A stretch of DNA of 64,000 nucleotides, taken from the NCBI GenBank assembly GCA_051294375.1, contig JBJCIZ010000239.1, forward strand, positions 6,557,545-6,621,544, given 5' to 3'. The notes below the pieces were generated by a model. The model was not told where the DNA came from. It searched no databases and saw nothing but the letters and a program-made list of their open reading frames with translations. Shown one piece after another: positions 52,535 to 64,000 of this stretch (position 1 is the stretch's first letter; the number at the start of each line of letters is the position of its first letter). The DNA comes from Paraspadella gotoi (Eukaryota > Animalia > Chaetognatha). The translations under genes were made by a program, and so were the position numbers.

Positions 52535-53035
52535 GCGACAAGCACTGCTGCAAAAACCACTCATGCCACAGCACCCAAAATAATCACAGCTGCTCTTCAT
52601 AAATGCTTCTGAAAGATTGAGCTACAGCTCGTAGACTGTTTACCCTACGCCATTGATATTTTGGTTGAACATACTGGGTCTCCCTTTAAAACGCCTTCCT
52701 TAGCACAGTTTAGGGAAATAGATGTGGATATTTTCAAGCCCGAAAATCATTTAGTCAAAAATTTAAATGTTGCTGCAGCTGAAATCTTTATTTTTTCAGC
52801 TGTATACAAACAATGCCTTTGTTACAGCCATGCACAATAACACCAAGAGTATGGCTCTTATCATGCCAAGAAATGGAATCTGAGAACAAATAGTAGACGC
52901 GCAAATGGAATTTTGCCCAGTAGCAAAAATATAAGGAAGTATTTTTCTTTCACTGATGCTGCAGTAGATTACATTAAGCAATTTACATGATATTTACACA
53001 GAGAGTCCCAACTACACCAGTTATTGATTTCATAA
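52535..53035 (+). pseudogene. Possible decayed coding sequence of unknown origin
   Basis: One frame stays open for 75 codons (52613-52837, KIELQLVDCLPYAIDILVEH…) and then 49 codons (52841-52987, …DAAVDYIKQFT), separated by single stops, in non-repetitive sequence. Confidence 0.3.
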
Positions 53036-53189
53036 GCTCACAGAGATGGTACTTAACAGAGTGGCTGATACTGTGTGAACTTAGGAAAAAAAAGAAATTT
53101 TTACAGCATCTTAAAATTGCTTTTATTAATTAAGGTTAAAAAGGTCTTGTTACACTGCGGCAGTTTAATGGCCATAGGATAGTAAATAT

Positions 53190-53400
53190 TTCTAAATAGA
53201 GTTCTTCATTTTCTTTCTTAGAAATTTTTCTTTTAGCATAGAAATGATCTACTAGCGTGCATATTGTTTGTTTTGGGTATCTTACAATGTTACCTGCAGC
53301 ATCCTTATAAATGGCCCTAATCGACTCGCGCTTGAGCGCAGGGCTTCCCGACTTAGAATAGTAGTTATTCCTATTCTTAATAGCCTTCTTAATAATATTA
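53190..53400 (-). pseudogene. LINE ORF2 linker-like fragment
   Basis: IRAIYKDAAGNIVRYPKQTICTLVDHFY resembles the I..LKD..G..V.D.KEI...L..HF segment between the EN and RT domains of LINEs. Confidence 0.4.
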
Positions 53401-56400
53401 CATACTGCTAGTGAATATATACATATACATACATATATAGTATATACATATATAACATATTTAGAAATGGTTTTAAGATCTAAACCGGCGCAAGAGCCAA
53501 TTAACCAATGTTGCATTCTTTTTAGTAGCTCAGCGTATTGTGAGAGCAAGAAAAAATAAAACTTATATTAGAAATAGAAACGTCAGTGATTATTTAGTGT
53601 ATTATAAAATAACAATCGATAAATTTTGCATATAAAATCTGGTAGTAAATACTATCTAAGTTTGATAATCACTATTAAAGAATGAACTACTTAACAATAC
53701 CAAAAAAATATTGAAAAGAGAAGAGAAAAGTAGCGCTCGTCCCTCTGAGGTTGGCGCATGGAATAGGTCAAGCCTGGGAATGGGAATGTAAAGAGAAAGA
53801 AACAATGACAACAATGACATGGCAAAACAAGAAGAGACAAGTTCAACAATGAATGCTTGACTAACATGGTATGGGTAATGAAACAATCTTTTGCTTTATT
53901 ACAAGTATAATTATAAGGTTTTTTTTTAATTTTACTGTCATCCCCGCGTTATTATGAATTGAGATATCACTGTATCATATTGTTTCCTTAACTGCATCAC
54001 ATGTTAAGGAGTCGCAAATCATCAATTCAGGATGACAAATTATCAGTCAGGAGTGACAAATTATCAGTCAGGAGTGACAAATAACGAGTTGAATTTCCCC
54101 AATTTAATTTAATTTCGACGATCCGACGAAATCTTTTAAATTCGGCGACCATTTTTTTTATTCGGAGCGAACCGGAATGTCCATGTATCTAGTGACTTTG
54201 ATACTGAGAAGAGAGAAGAGAGGAGAGAGAGAGAGAGAGAGAGAGAGAAGAGAGAGAGAGGAGAAGAGAGAGAGAGAGAGAGAGTCCGCTTCGCTTCCGA
54301 ATAAAAAAAATGGTCGCCGAATTTTAAAAGATTTCGTCGAATCGTCGAAATTAAATTAAATTGGGGAAACTCAACTCGTTATTTGTCACTCCTGACTGAT
54401 AATTTGTCACTCCTGACTGATAATTTGTCACTCCTGAATTGATGATTTGCGACTCCTTAACATGTGATGCAGTTAAGGAAACAATGATACAGTGATAACT
54501 CAATTTCATAATAACGCGAGGATGACAGTAAATTAAAAAAAAACCATTATAATTAATACTTGTAATAAAGCAAAAGATTGTTTCATACCCAATACCCATG
54601 TTAGTCAAGCATTCATTGTTGAACTTGTCTCTTCTTGTTTTGCCATGTCATGTTGTCATGTTTTCTTTCTCTTTACATTCCCATTCCCAGGCTTGACCAA
54701 TATTCCATGCGCAAACCTCAGAGGGACGAGCGCTACTTTTCTCTTCTCTTTTCAATATTTTTTTGGTATTGTTAAGTAGTTCATTCTTTAATAGTGAATC
54801 AAAACTTAGAATAGTATTTACTACCAGATTTTATATGCAAAAATTTATCGATTGTTATTTTATAATACACTAAAATAATCACTGACGTTTTCTATTTCTA
54901 ATATAAGTTTTATTTTTTTCATGCTCTCACAATACGCTGAGCTACTAAAAAGAATGCAACATTGGTTGAATTTGCTCTGCTGCTCGGCGACCGACGGATG
55001 ATTAGATACTTAAAACCATTACCTAAATATGTATATACTGTATAGAATATACGTATATGTATGTATAAGATGTAGTAAGTAATATTTCGAATTAGCGAGC
55101 TATGTAGATTGAATTATTGAAGGAAGGACTAATTAAGAAATTGGATAAACTGACTAAGTATTTCTATGAAGAGTCGGGAAGACCCTACGGTCTCAGTACG
55201 GCGCGATGTACGTAAGGTATAGGCGCCATTATTATAAAGGATGCTGCCACAGGTAAAATTGTAAGATACGCCGAATAACAAACAATATGGAACGCTAGTA
55301 GATATTTCTATTGGCTAAAGAGAAAAAATTCTAAAAGAAGAAAAATGAAAAACTTCTATTTAGAAAGAGTTTACACTAGTCTCTAGACTGCGCCATGCTT
55401 AAAAGCTGACACGCACTGGGTAATAGTGTAAACAAAGAGACCTTTTTTAAACCTTACATTAATAAAAAGCAATTTTATAGAATGCCTGTAAAATTTCTTT
55501 TTTGGTTCTTAAGTTCACACAGTATCAGCCACTCTTGGTTTAAGTACCATCTCCTGTGAGCTTATGAAATCAATTAACTGGTGTAGTTGGGACTCTCTGT
55601 GTAAAATCTCATGTTAAATTGCTTAATGTAATCTACTGCGGAGCAATCAGATGAAAGAAAAATACTTACTTATTATTTTTGCTACTGGGCAAAATTCCAT
55701 TGCTGCAGTCTACTATATTGTTCTCAGATTTCCATTTCTGGCATGTATAAAGAGCCATACTCTCTGGTGTTATTGTGCATGGGCTGTAACAAAGGGCATA
55801 TTGTTGTATACAGCTGAAAAAATAAAGATTTCAGCTGCAGCGAAACATTTAAATTTTTGACTAAATGATTTTTCGGGCGGTTGAAAATATCCACATCTAA
55901 TTCCCCTAAACTGTGCTAAGTAAGGCGTTTTAAAAGGGGAGACCATATGAACTTTCAACCAAAATATCAATGGCGTAGGGTAAAGCAGTGGCTAGCGAGG
56001 CTGTAGCTCAATTCTTTCAGAAAGGCATTTATGAAGAGCAGCTGTATTATTTTGGGTGTGCTGTGGGCATGAGTGGTTTTTGCAGCAGTGCTTGTCGCAT
56101 TGGCTATTAATAGTTAGAACAAGGGTCTGGTTATGTATCTTTAATTAAAATTTTTTCCTTTAAATGCACCCGATCCGTCAAAAAAATAAAAAGAGTGAAG
56201 TGATACGGATTTTCCTAAGTTTTGAATCGATATCCCCTGTAGTAATTGATACGTATTCTTAAGTCAGAGGCTTTTCTTCAATACTTTCAAACCGCAACTT
56301 GTTTTTTCTCTGCTTCACTAACGAGGAGTTAGTTTTCTATGCTTTCTCAAGCTGCTACCATGCTACACATGCTTAGCATCCTGCCTTTTGAATCCGACTT

Positions 56401-57948
56401 CAAAAGCTTGCCCTCTGCCACCGTTTAATTTCGCATCCTTGTCAACACACTATTTTCGCTTTGGTCACCCGTTAACTCGCCTTTGGTTCCGTTCTCGCTC
56501 TCTTCTCGCGCTTTAGCACTTCTTTCCGAAAGCGGCCCAATTTTGAGGTTAAACATAGAATTAAAAGAATTTTTTTACTTCGATAATTGATTGTCAATTG
56601 AAACTTTAATGAATGAGATTTTATGGATTAAGACCATAAAGGATTGGGGTACTGAAGGAGTTTAAAAGTTGTTAAGACATCGCTGTTATAAAAAGGTTAT
56701 AAATTTGTTTAAGTGTGTCATTTATGATTAAGGTTAGGTGTATTGCATCTTGGTCAATTATAAAGTGCATGCTGGTGATCGACACTGATTTTTCTTGTCT
56801 TCCTCATTTTGTTATGAACTTTGGAGGGAACAGAAATGTCCTCTGAAGAGATCGAGTGCTTATTCAAAATATAAATACGTCATGGTTGTCGATCGCAGAG
56901 ACAAATTGGTTTTCTTTTAATTATTCAGCAATAGTAAATAGCCAATCAAAAGCTATTAGAAGATTTATGTTAGGAGATAAAGTTGGGGTCAGGAATTAGT
57001 TTTTAAAGTTTTAGTTAAGGAACTAAGGGTTAATAGAAATAGAGATAAACTTAGGGATAGGATTAGCTATTAAGGTATTTATATTAAGGTTTAAAGATAA
57101 AGTTAAGTACTTTCTAAAATCAACGAAAAATGTTTAGTACTAACCGCTTGGATTCATTAATAAATAATTATTTAATTAAATAAAAAAGGTTTTATATGTG
57201 TCACAATGACAGGTGCTGTTTACTTATTACATACTTATACAAGTAACTTTTTTAAATTTTAATTTTTTTTGTAATAACAATATCAAATAAGTCTTACATG
57301 TGTATTGTTTAGAACAATTTATAGGAACTGTCCTTATAAAATCAGGGAATATCTACATTGTTGTTGATCGTTAAGGAGTACGGTGCTTTACATATTGGTC
57401 TAAAATTAATTAATATATCAAGAACCCCCCTACCTATGATACTTTTTAGAATGAGTTTTTTATGTGAAAATTCGTTTAAGCCCTCAATTGTTGAGCAGAG
57501 TAAGTTATAGCCGATTGTCCATGAAAGAGTTAAGTAAAAATTTGGAAAAGGCGCTTTCGAAAAATAGTGCGCGCTTATGTTCCGCTTGTTCCAAAAACGC
57601 CCAGCCGACGAAGGCAGCAAGGCGCCGCAGTTGACATCTATTAAAAGATTTGTTCCAGGCGGTACAACACAACAACACAACAAAGAATAACAACAACGAA
57701 CAACAAACAACAACCGCTTTCCTCTTCTTAAAAAAAACGGAGCTGCAAACGGAAAATCCTATTCTTGATCGTCTCATCCACGCGCGCGATGAGAGAGAAG
57801 AGAGAGAGAAGAGAGAGAGAAGTAGAGAGAGGAGAGAGAGAGAGAAGAAAGCACAGAGAGATAGAGAAAACCACAGAAGAGGAAAGAGATAAGGAGGAAA
57901 AAAAGGAATGAAAATAATTTGGAGGAAAAGTTTAGATTAAAGAGAAAC

Positions 57949-57984
<36 letters not shown>

Positions 57985-59160
57985 AGAAGAGAGAGAGAGA
58001 GGAGAGAGAAAGTTGTTCGGCAACTAATTGTGTCTGAAAACTTTTTTTGGCGGTAGTGTTTTTAAAAAAACAAACTATTTTATCTTTGTTGCCTCTCTCT
58101 TAGCGCGCCTGTATAGTTCCATACTCTCTCTCTCTCTCTCTCTCAGCTCTCTCTGCTCTCTCTGCCTCTTCTTTTCCATTTTTTCACATCCATATGTTTA
58201 ACCTGCTTCTGGAATACATTTTTGCTCTTTTCTTTTTACGAGAAAATCGGACTTTTATGAGCTAAACATATTTTCAGACTATCTGATTAACTTAAATATT
58301 CAAGTTTATAAGTATCGTTTTAAGTGCCTTAACTGAATCATTTTCTCTTAACTTAGTATTTCAATCTCGCTCCCCTCCTTTTGTTCTATACCCTTTCTGA
58401 TTGGAGAGGCTGAGGAAACTCAAAAATTCTCTTCTGTTCTCATTTGGATGTCCAAAAAACAACGCAAGTTCAATACAATACACACTTACTTTTTTCTGTT
58501 AGCGAATTTTATTCGTTTGAACTTCATTTTAACGTTCATTGTCGCGCCGTCGACAACAGACGTAACGTCGGTATTTAGAGACACTTTAAAACGAAGGCCT
58601 GAAATGTACAGACAATCTATCTTTTTTGTTCCTGACTTTTTTGTTCTCACTTTAACTTTCTTTTCGAAAGCGAGAAATCTCGTTTCCCGTTGACTAACGC
58701 GAGTAAAATCGTCGTCGAGACGTAAAAAACTTCATGGAGGAGAAGGTAGAATTGTTCTGTGTTCTGCCCGGAGAAAAACCCCCTACCTCTTCCCCCCCCA
58801 CCCGCCGTCATTCCCCTCGTTGCCGCGCTATTGTCCCCCCCCTGCCTCCGTCAGCGAGTTCTTGCGCCTTGCATTTTCCACGTTTCTCAAAGCGTCTTGC
58901 GCTTAAGACGCGAGAATCTAAAATGTCTGCCTGCAATCGAGCCATAGGACGGGGACTTTGAATTCCTCGATCAAATCACAAATCAAATCAAATGGCAATC
59001 AGAGAGCAATTGAGTACAAATAACCAAGGTAATTAGTAAGTTAAATCAACTCAATCGTTTACAAATCTAAATTAATAACAAAACCTAATTTAAACAAATT
59101 AAGTTTTATTCCAAACGTATGAAGTTTGCTACAACCAATGAAAAATATCCATGTTATAAG

Positions 59161-59874
59161 TTAGTCGGTTCAGCCCCCTCAATAATTGACGGGCACACAC
59201 TTATATCATTCAGATAAGACATCGAATTATTATAAATTTATGGCAAAAAAAAAATGTAATGTCTGTCCGTACGTCCATTGCCCGTCGTTCCGTCCCACCT
59301 TAGCAAAAAACACCATGTTACTGCATTATTGGGATGGATGGAACTGCGAATACAATTTTGTGTGTTGGTAGGGAAGTGTGTGATTGAAGCTGGATATTAA
59401 GTTTCGATGGAATCTTCCGAGTGGAAATGAGTTTTAAATGGCAAAAACAAAAAAAATGTATTTCACTATTTGAAGCACCAATGTCCCTCATGAGTGGATG
59501 GGGCGATTGACCTTTGAATTTTGTATGTGGGTAGGACAGTGTGTGATTAAGCTGGAAAATCAAGTTTTCGATGGAGATCTTTTGATTATATTTAAATTAA
59601 ATGCAGGATGTATTAATTAAATCAAATAATAATTAATTAGTCAATTATAATTAATCCATGCAATCAGTCATACGTTTATCGTGATTATTGTCGTGGTTAG
59701 TTGGTCGAAAAGACGCTAAAAAACAATTTTACATTTGGGAAAATCAATTAATTAATTGCCTAATTGAATTAAGTTTTAATTATTAATTAATTTAAATTAT
59801 TAATTAATTAATTCAATTAATGTAAATTACCGATAATGATCAGTGGGAATCCGACATTGTTTTGCTCCAACTTG
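59161..59874 (+). mobile_element. HINE family A, internally deleted and degraded copy
   Basis: TTAGTCGG start fused to GTCGGTTCAGCCCCCTCAAT, a GTCC repeat, ~1.5 internal units, and the 3' end ATCCGACATTGTTTTGCTCCAACTTG. Confidence 0.7.
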
Positions 59875-62382
59875 CGCCCAAACTTTGGAACGGTGCGTTA
59901 GGTTACGGCTCCATCCCTATTATTAGAAAATAAAATCGTTTCAAGCTTATGAATTTACTTAAAATACTTTATAATATTGTTTAATTCTCAATTGTTTTTA
60001 AAAGCAAATGTTCTGCATGCTGAGGCTGAAAGAAATCAGGAATCCCCATAAATTAATTCGTTTAAATCCCACTAAAACACTCAAATATATAGTTAAATTT
60101 AAACTAATGTATGTTAACTGCATTATCTATCTCGCGACAAGGCCGTCGGCGGACCTGAACGTCGAAATAACACGAAAAATTTAAGAGGCGTTCCGATAAT
60201 AGAAGTGGCGGTACGGGTAGGTGTGCCGTGGTTATTAAGGGGTGGTAGCGGGTGGAGGCGCTTGTCGCGTTCACACATTCGTGGCTCGGAGATGGAAAAT
60301 TAATGACGTTCGGATCTCGAGGTATTGTGTTTATGAGCGCATTCTGTTCCACTCTTAGCCTTCAGGCGTACCCATAAAAAAGCGAACACGAGCGCACTTT
60401 TTCGCGGAAGTGCGCCATGTCTGTTTTAGATTTTTAAATTTTAATGGTTTTAAACTAATTAATTAAATTAATCAATTAAATAAATAAATTAAATAATTAA
60501 TTACATTTATTTAGCTTTAATTCTAAACATATTAAAGCTATTTCTCTTATTCCATTCCTTAATTTTTATTTCGGTACGCCTGCATCTTCAATGACAAATC
60601 TAAATTTAGTTCTAAATTTTAAGGGCCAAAAGAGTTGGCTTTTCAGAAAATATGGCCGGAAATAACGGATGGAATAAAAGAGACAACAGGGAAATATACG
60701 GAAGTAAGATCTCTAAACGGGGAACGAAGATTGATGAAAAAAAACTTGTCCGCTGAGTTTTTTATTGAATAAAATAAGGGAAGAAGAAAACTGGAGGGAG
60801 AGGAGGAGTAGGAAAAAGGAGGAAGGAGGGAGAAGGAGGGCTGAGGAGAGAAGAGAAAGAGAGGGGGAGGGAGAAGAAGGAAAAAGGTAGGGTAGGAGTA
60901 GAAGAAGAGAGATAGAGGGAGAAAGGAGGGAAAGAGAAGAGAGGGAGAGTAAGAGAAGAGAAACGCCGCGTGCAAAACGTGAGAGAGAAGGGAGATGAAG
61001 TTTTCTTAAAAAAAGAAGGAGGTTTTTTGAATGGTTCTTGAATCTTGTAGCAGACCTGCGCCCCACTCAACTAGATTGGAACCAGTCTCTCTAATCTCTC
61101 TCTCTCTCGGTCTCCGTCTCTCTCTCCATCTCTTCAGCCTCCGCGTTCTACTGTAGTACCGGATAAGGACAGGCAGTGAATCTTGGGTTAGCTGGCCGTC
61201 TATCTCTCTCTCTGAGATCTCTGCTCTCGTCCGGTTGGCATGAAGGTAAATTGGGGAAAAGAAGATGAAGTCCACCAAAAGTTTTTCATCTTTTCGGGAG
61301 CGGAATTAGTTTTTCTCAGGTTATGGTTCCTGTTTTTGTGGCGCAGAAACCTTTTCCGGCGTTATTTCCCGCAAAACGGCCAATTTTCTGTTCTATAATA
61401 CTTGAACTTTTCCTTACCCAGAATCCCTACCCTTATCTCTAACCTATCCCCAATCTCTAACCTTTTTCACCTCGCATTGAGAGACGACAGTTCATTTAAT
61501 TGTTACGAGCTGAAGGCCACCTTCATGAAGACGGCTGATTCTGTAGTCAACGGCCTTATTCTCCCAAAGCGCCTATTTATTCTTTAATTTACAAATTAAA
61601 TGAGTTTTCTAGGTTTGATAATTAATTAGAGGTTTAGGGATACAAAATTAGGTCAGATATTAGATTAGGGATTAGTTCAGTGATTAGGGTTAGTCATTAG
61701 GGTTAGAATCTAGGGTTTATGGTTAGGCATTAGTTAAAGATTAAGGAATAAGGCATTTGGGGTTAGTGTTAAAGATCTAGGTTAGCGCCTAACCTAATCT
61801 TATGAATGTGTATAAAACAGATTAGTGTTAAATATTTGGGTTTAAAATTAATTCAGAGATTAAGGGTACACCCCTGATCCCTTCTCCTTCCATAACCCCT
61901 TCCCTCCCTATCTCACCTCCCCCCCCCGACTTGTTTTAACGCACTTCACAATTGCAGGTTTTCTTCTCCACTGGTTTTCCTTTCCTTTCTTTCTCGCTCG
62001 GTTGGTCATGCAAGTCTCTCTCTCTCTCTCTTTTTCTCGGTTGCCAAGGGAACTCGGTTGGTCGCTAAGGGAGACTCTCTTCTCTTTCTCTCTCGTGCTT
62101 CTCTTCTCTAGCGCTCCCGCTCTCTCTCTCTCCTCTCTCCTCTCTCTCTTCTCTCTCTCTCTCTTCGTTCTCGAAGGAGGTTTGGCGAAAGTGACGGGGG
62201 GGGTTCTGCCAGGACCGGAAGCCGACCCGGGGGGTCGCTCATGCTCTCTCTCTCTTCTCGCTCTCACTCTCTCTATTCTCTTTTCTCTTGGTATATATTT
62301 CTCGGCCAGAGCCGGTTGCAGTAAATTGAGTCTGAATCGAACAATATGCAGTGATTGNNNNNNNNNNNNNNNNNNNNNNNNN

Positions 62383-63955
62383 CTCAATCTTTCAGAAGCA
62401 TTTATGAAGAGCAGCTGTGATTATTTTGGGTGCTGTGGCATGAGTGGTTTTTGCAGCAGTGCTTGTCGCATTGCTTTAATAGTTAGAACAAGGTCTGGTT
62501 ATGTATCTTTAATTAAAATTTTTCCTTTAAATGCACCCGATCCGTCAAAAAATAAAAAAAGATGAAGTGATACGGATTTTCTAAGTTTTGAATCACTACC
62601 CTGTAGTAATTGATACGTATTCTTAAGTAGACTTTTCTTCAATACTTTCAACCGCAACTTGTTTTTCTCTGCTTCACTAACGAGGAGTTAGTTCTATGCT
62701 TTCTCAAGCTGCTACCATGCTTACCATGCTTACATCCCTTTTGATCCGACTCAAAAGCTTGCCCTCGCCACCTTTAAATTTCGTCCCAACACAATTTCGT
62801 CTTTTCCACCCTTAACTCGCTTTGGTCCCCAGTCTCTCCCTTTGCACTCTTTTCCGAAAGCGCCCAATTTGAGGTTAAACATAGAATTAAAAGAATTTTT
62901 TTACTTCGATAATTTTGTCAATGAAATTAATGATGAGATTATGGATTAAGACATAAGGATTGGGTAAAAGGTTAGTTTAAGGTTTAGGTTAAAATTTTAG
63001 TTAAGGATTAAGGTTAGGATTTATGTTGTTTGTTTCAGAGTTATAATTTTGGCATAAGCACTGATTTTTCTGTCTTCCTCATTTTGTTATGAACCTTTGA
63101 GGGAGACAGAAGTCTCTGAAGATCAGTGCTTATTCAAAAATAAATATCATGTTACGTCCAGAAAAAATTGGTTTTCTTTTATATTATTAGCATATAAATA
63201 CCAAATCAAACTATTAAGATTTATGGTTAGGAGATAAAGTTGGGTCAAGGAATTAGTTTTAAGTTTTAGTTAAGGATTAAGGTTATAAAAGAGATAAACT
63301 TAGGGATAGGAATTAGCTATTAGGTATTTATAATTAAGGTTTAAAGATTAAATTAAGTATTTCTAAAAAAATCAAACCAAAAAAAAATTGTTTTAGTTTA
63401 CAAACAGTGATTTTCATTAATAATATATATTTTTTTAATTATAATAATTTTATTTTTAAATATAAATATAATAAAAGGTTTTTATATAGTGTGTCCTAAT
63501 GGTACTGTCTGTTAACTTTTACATACTTTTACATATTGTTAAATTTTATTTTTGAGATAACAATATCAAAGATAAGTCCTTACCATTTATGATACTTTTT
63601 TAGAATTCAATTTTTATAAACTTTTCTGTATAAAACATTCATTTTAAATAAGTCCTACAGTTTTTTGATCAGGTATAGGAGTACCATTGGTCACACTGTA
63701 TAATGGTGTAAATGTACAACAAAATTTAGGAATAAAATTGGGCGCTTTCGAAAAATAGTGCCCTTATTTCCCTTGTTCCAAAATCCCCAGCCGACAGGCA
63801 GCAAGGCGCCCGCAGTTGACATCTATTAAAGATTGTTCCCCGGTACAACAACAACAACAACAAAAATAACAACAACAACAACAACCGCTTTCCTCTTTCT
63901 AAAAAAACGGAGCTCAAACGGAAAATCCTTTCTTGATCCTCTCTCCCGCGCCGAT

Positions 63956-63992
<37 letters not shown>

Positions 63993-64000
63993 AGGAAAGA
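62383..64000 (+). repeat. Cleaner direct duplicate of ~56007-57830
   Basis: It starts right after a 25-N gap with CTCAATCTTTCAGAAGCATTTATGAAGAGCAGCTG, as at 56007. It is near-identical to the reverse complement of 51330-52620 and then follows 57540-57800. Confidence 0.9.

Larger units (their letters stand above)
51300..57420. repeat. ~6-kb palindrome with ~2.9-kb arms and a 108-bp AG-containing spacer
   Basis: The left arm ends …CGACCATTTTTTTTATTCGGAGCGAACCGGA (54176) and the right arm starts TCCGCTTCGCTTCCGAATAAAAAAAATGGTCG (54285). The right arm carries patches of heavy insertion-type differences. Confidence 0.95.

Noticed and set aside
61171-61196. Similarity to miR-34 (GGCAGTG…GGTTAGCTGG)
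   Set aside because: It needs a ~6-nt insertion and no precursor hairpin is visible.
61600-61870. True telomere
   Set aside because: The tract is short, degenerate and interstitial, and similar tracts recur in both orientations in the window.

Overview
This is AT-rich, repeat-dense animal-like genomic DNA with abundant (AG)n/(CT)n and (GAC)n microsatellites. I recognise no intact host protein-coding gene, and nearly all ORFs in the track are microsatellite or low-complexity translations. Supportable content: (1) a ~50-bp satellite array (129-4165) that flips orientation near 2552; (2) four copies of a Helentron-associated (HINE/DINE-1-like) non-autonomous element carrying internal ~150-bp tandem repeats, one of them complete (7261-8838); (3) a decayed minus-strand APE-RT LINE (13107-16068) flanked on both sides by (AG)n, plus two smaller LINE fragments; (4) two related hAT-type MITEs with TAG(G/A)GCGT termini and 8-bp TSDs; (5) a tRNA-derived SINE-like head; (6) CpG-rich islands with RFX, CRE, ETS/NRF1, YY1 and CTCF-like motifs. 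From 24.5 kb onward the window is dominated by direct and inverted copies of the same blocks: an ~8 kb unit present about 2.5-3 times in 24.5-46.1 kb, and a ~6 kb palindrome centred near 54230. These copies differ mostly by single-base indels and join at (AG)n tracts or fixed 25-N gaps. That points to long-read gap-filling or amplification artefacts rather than biology. I found no convincing novel protein-encoded system. The best leads are transposon-architecture ones and one structured GC-rich island. All alignments were made by eye, so boundaries are approximate.
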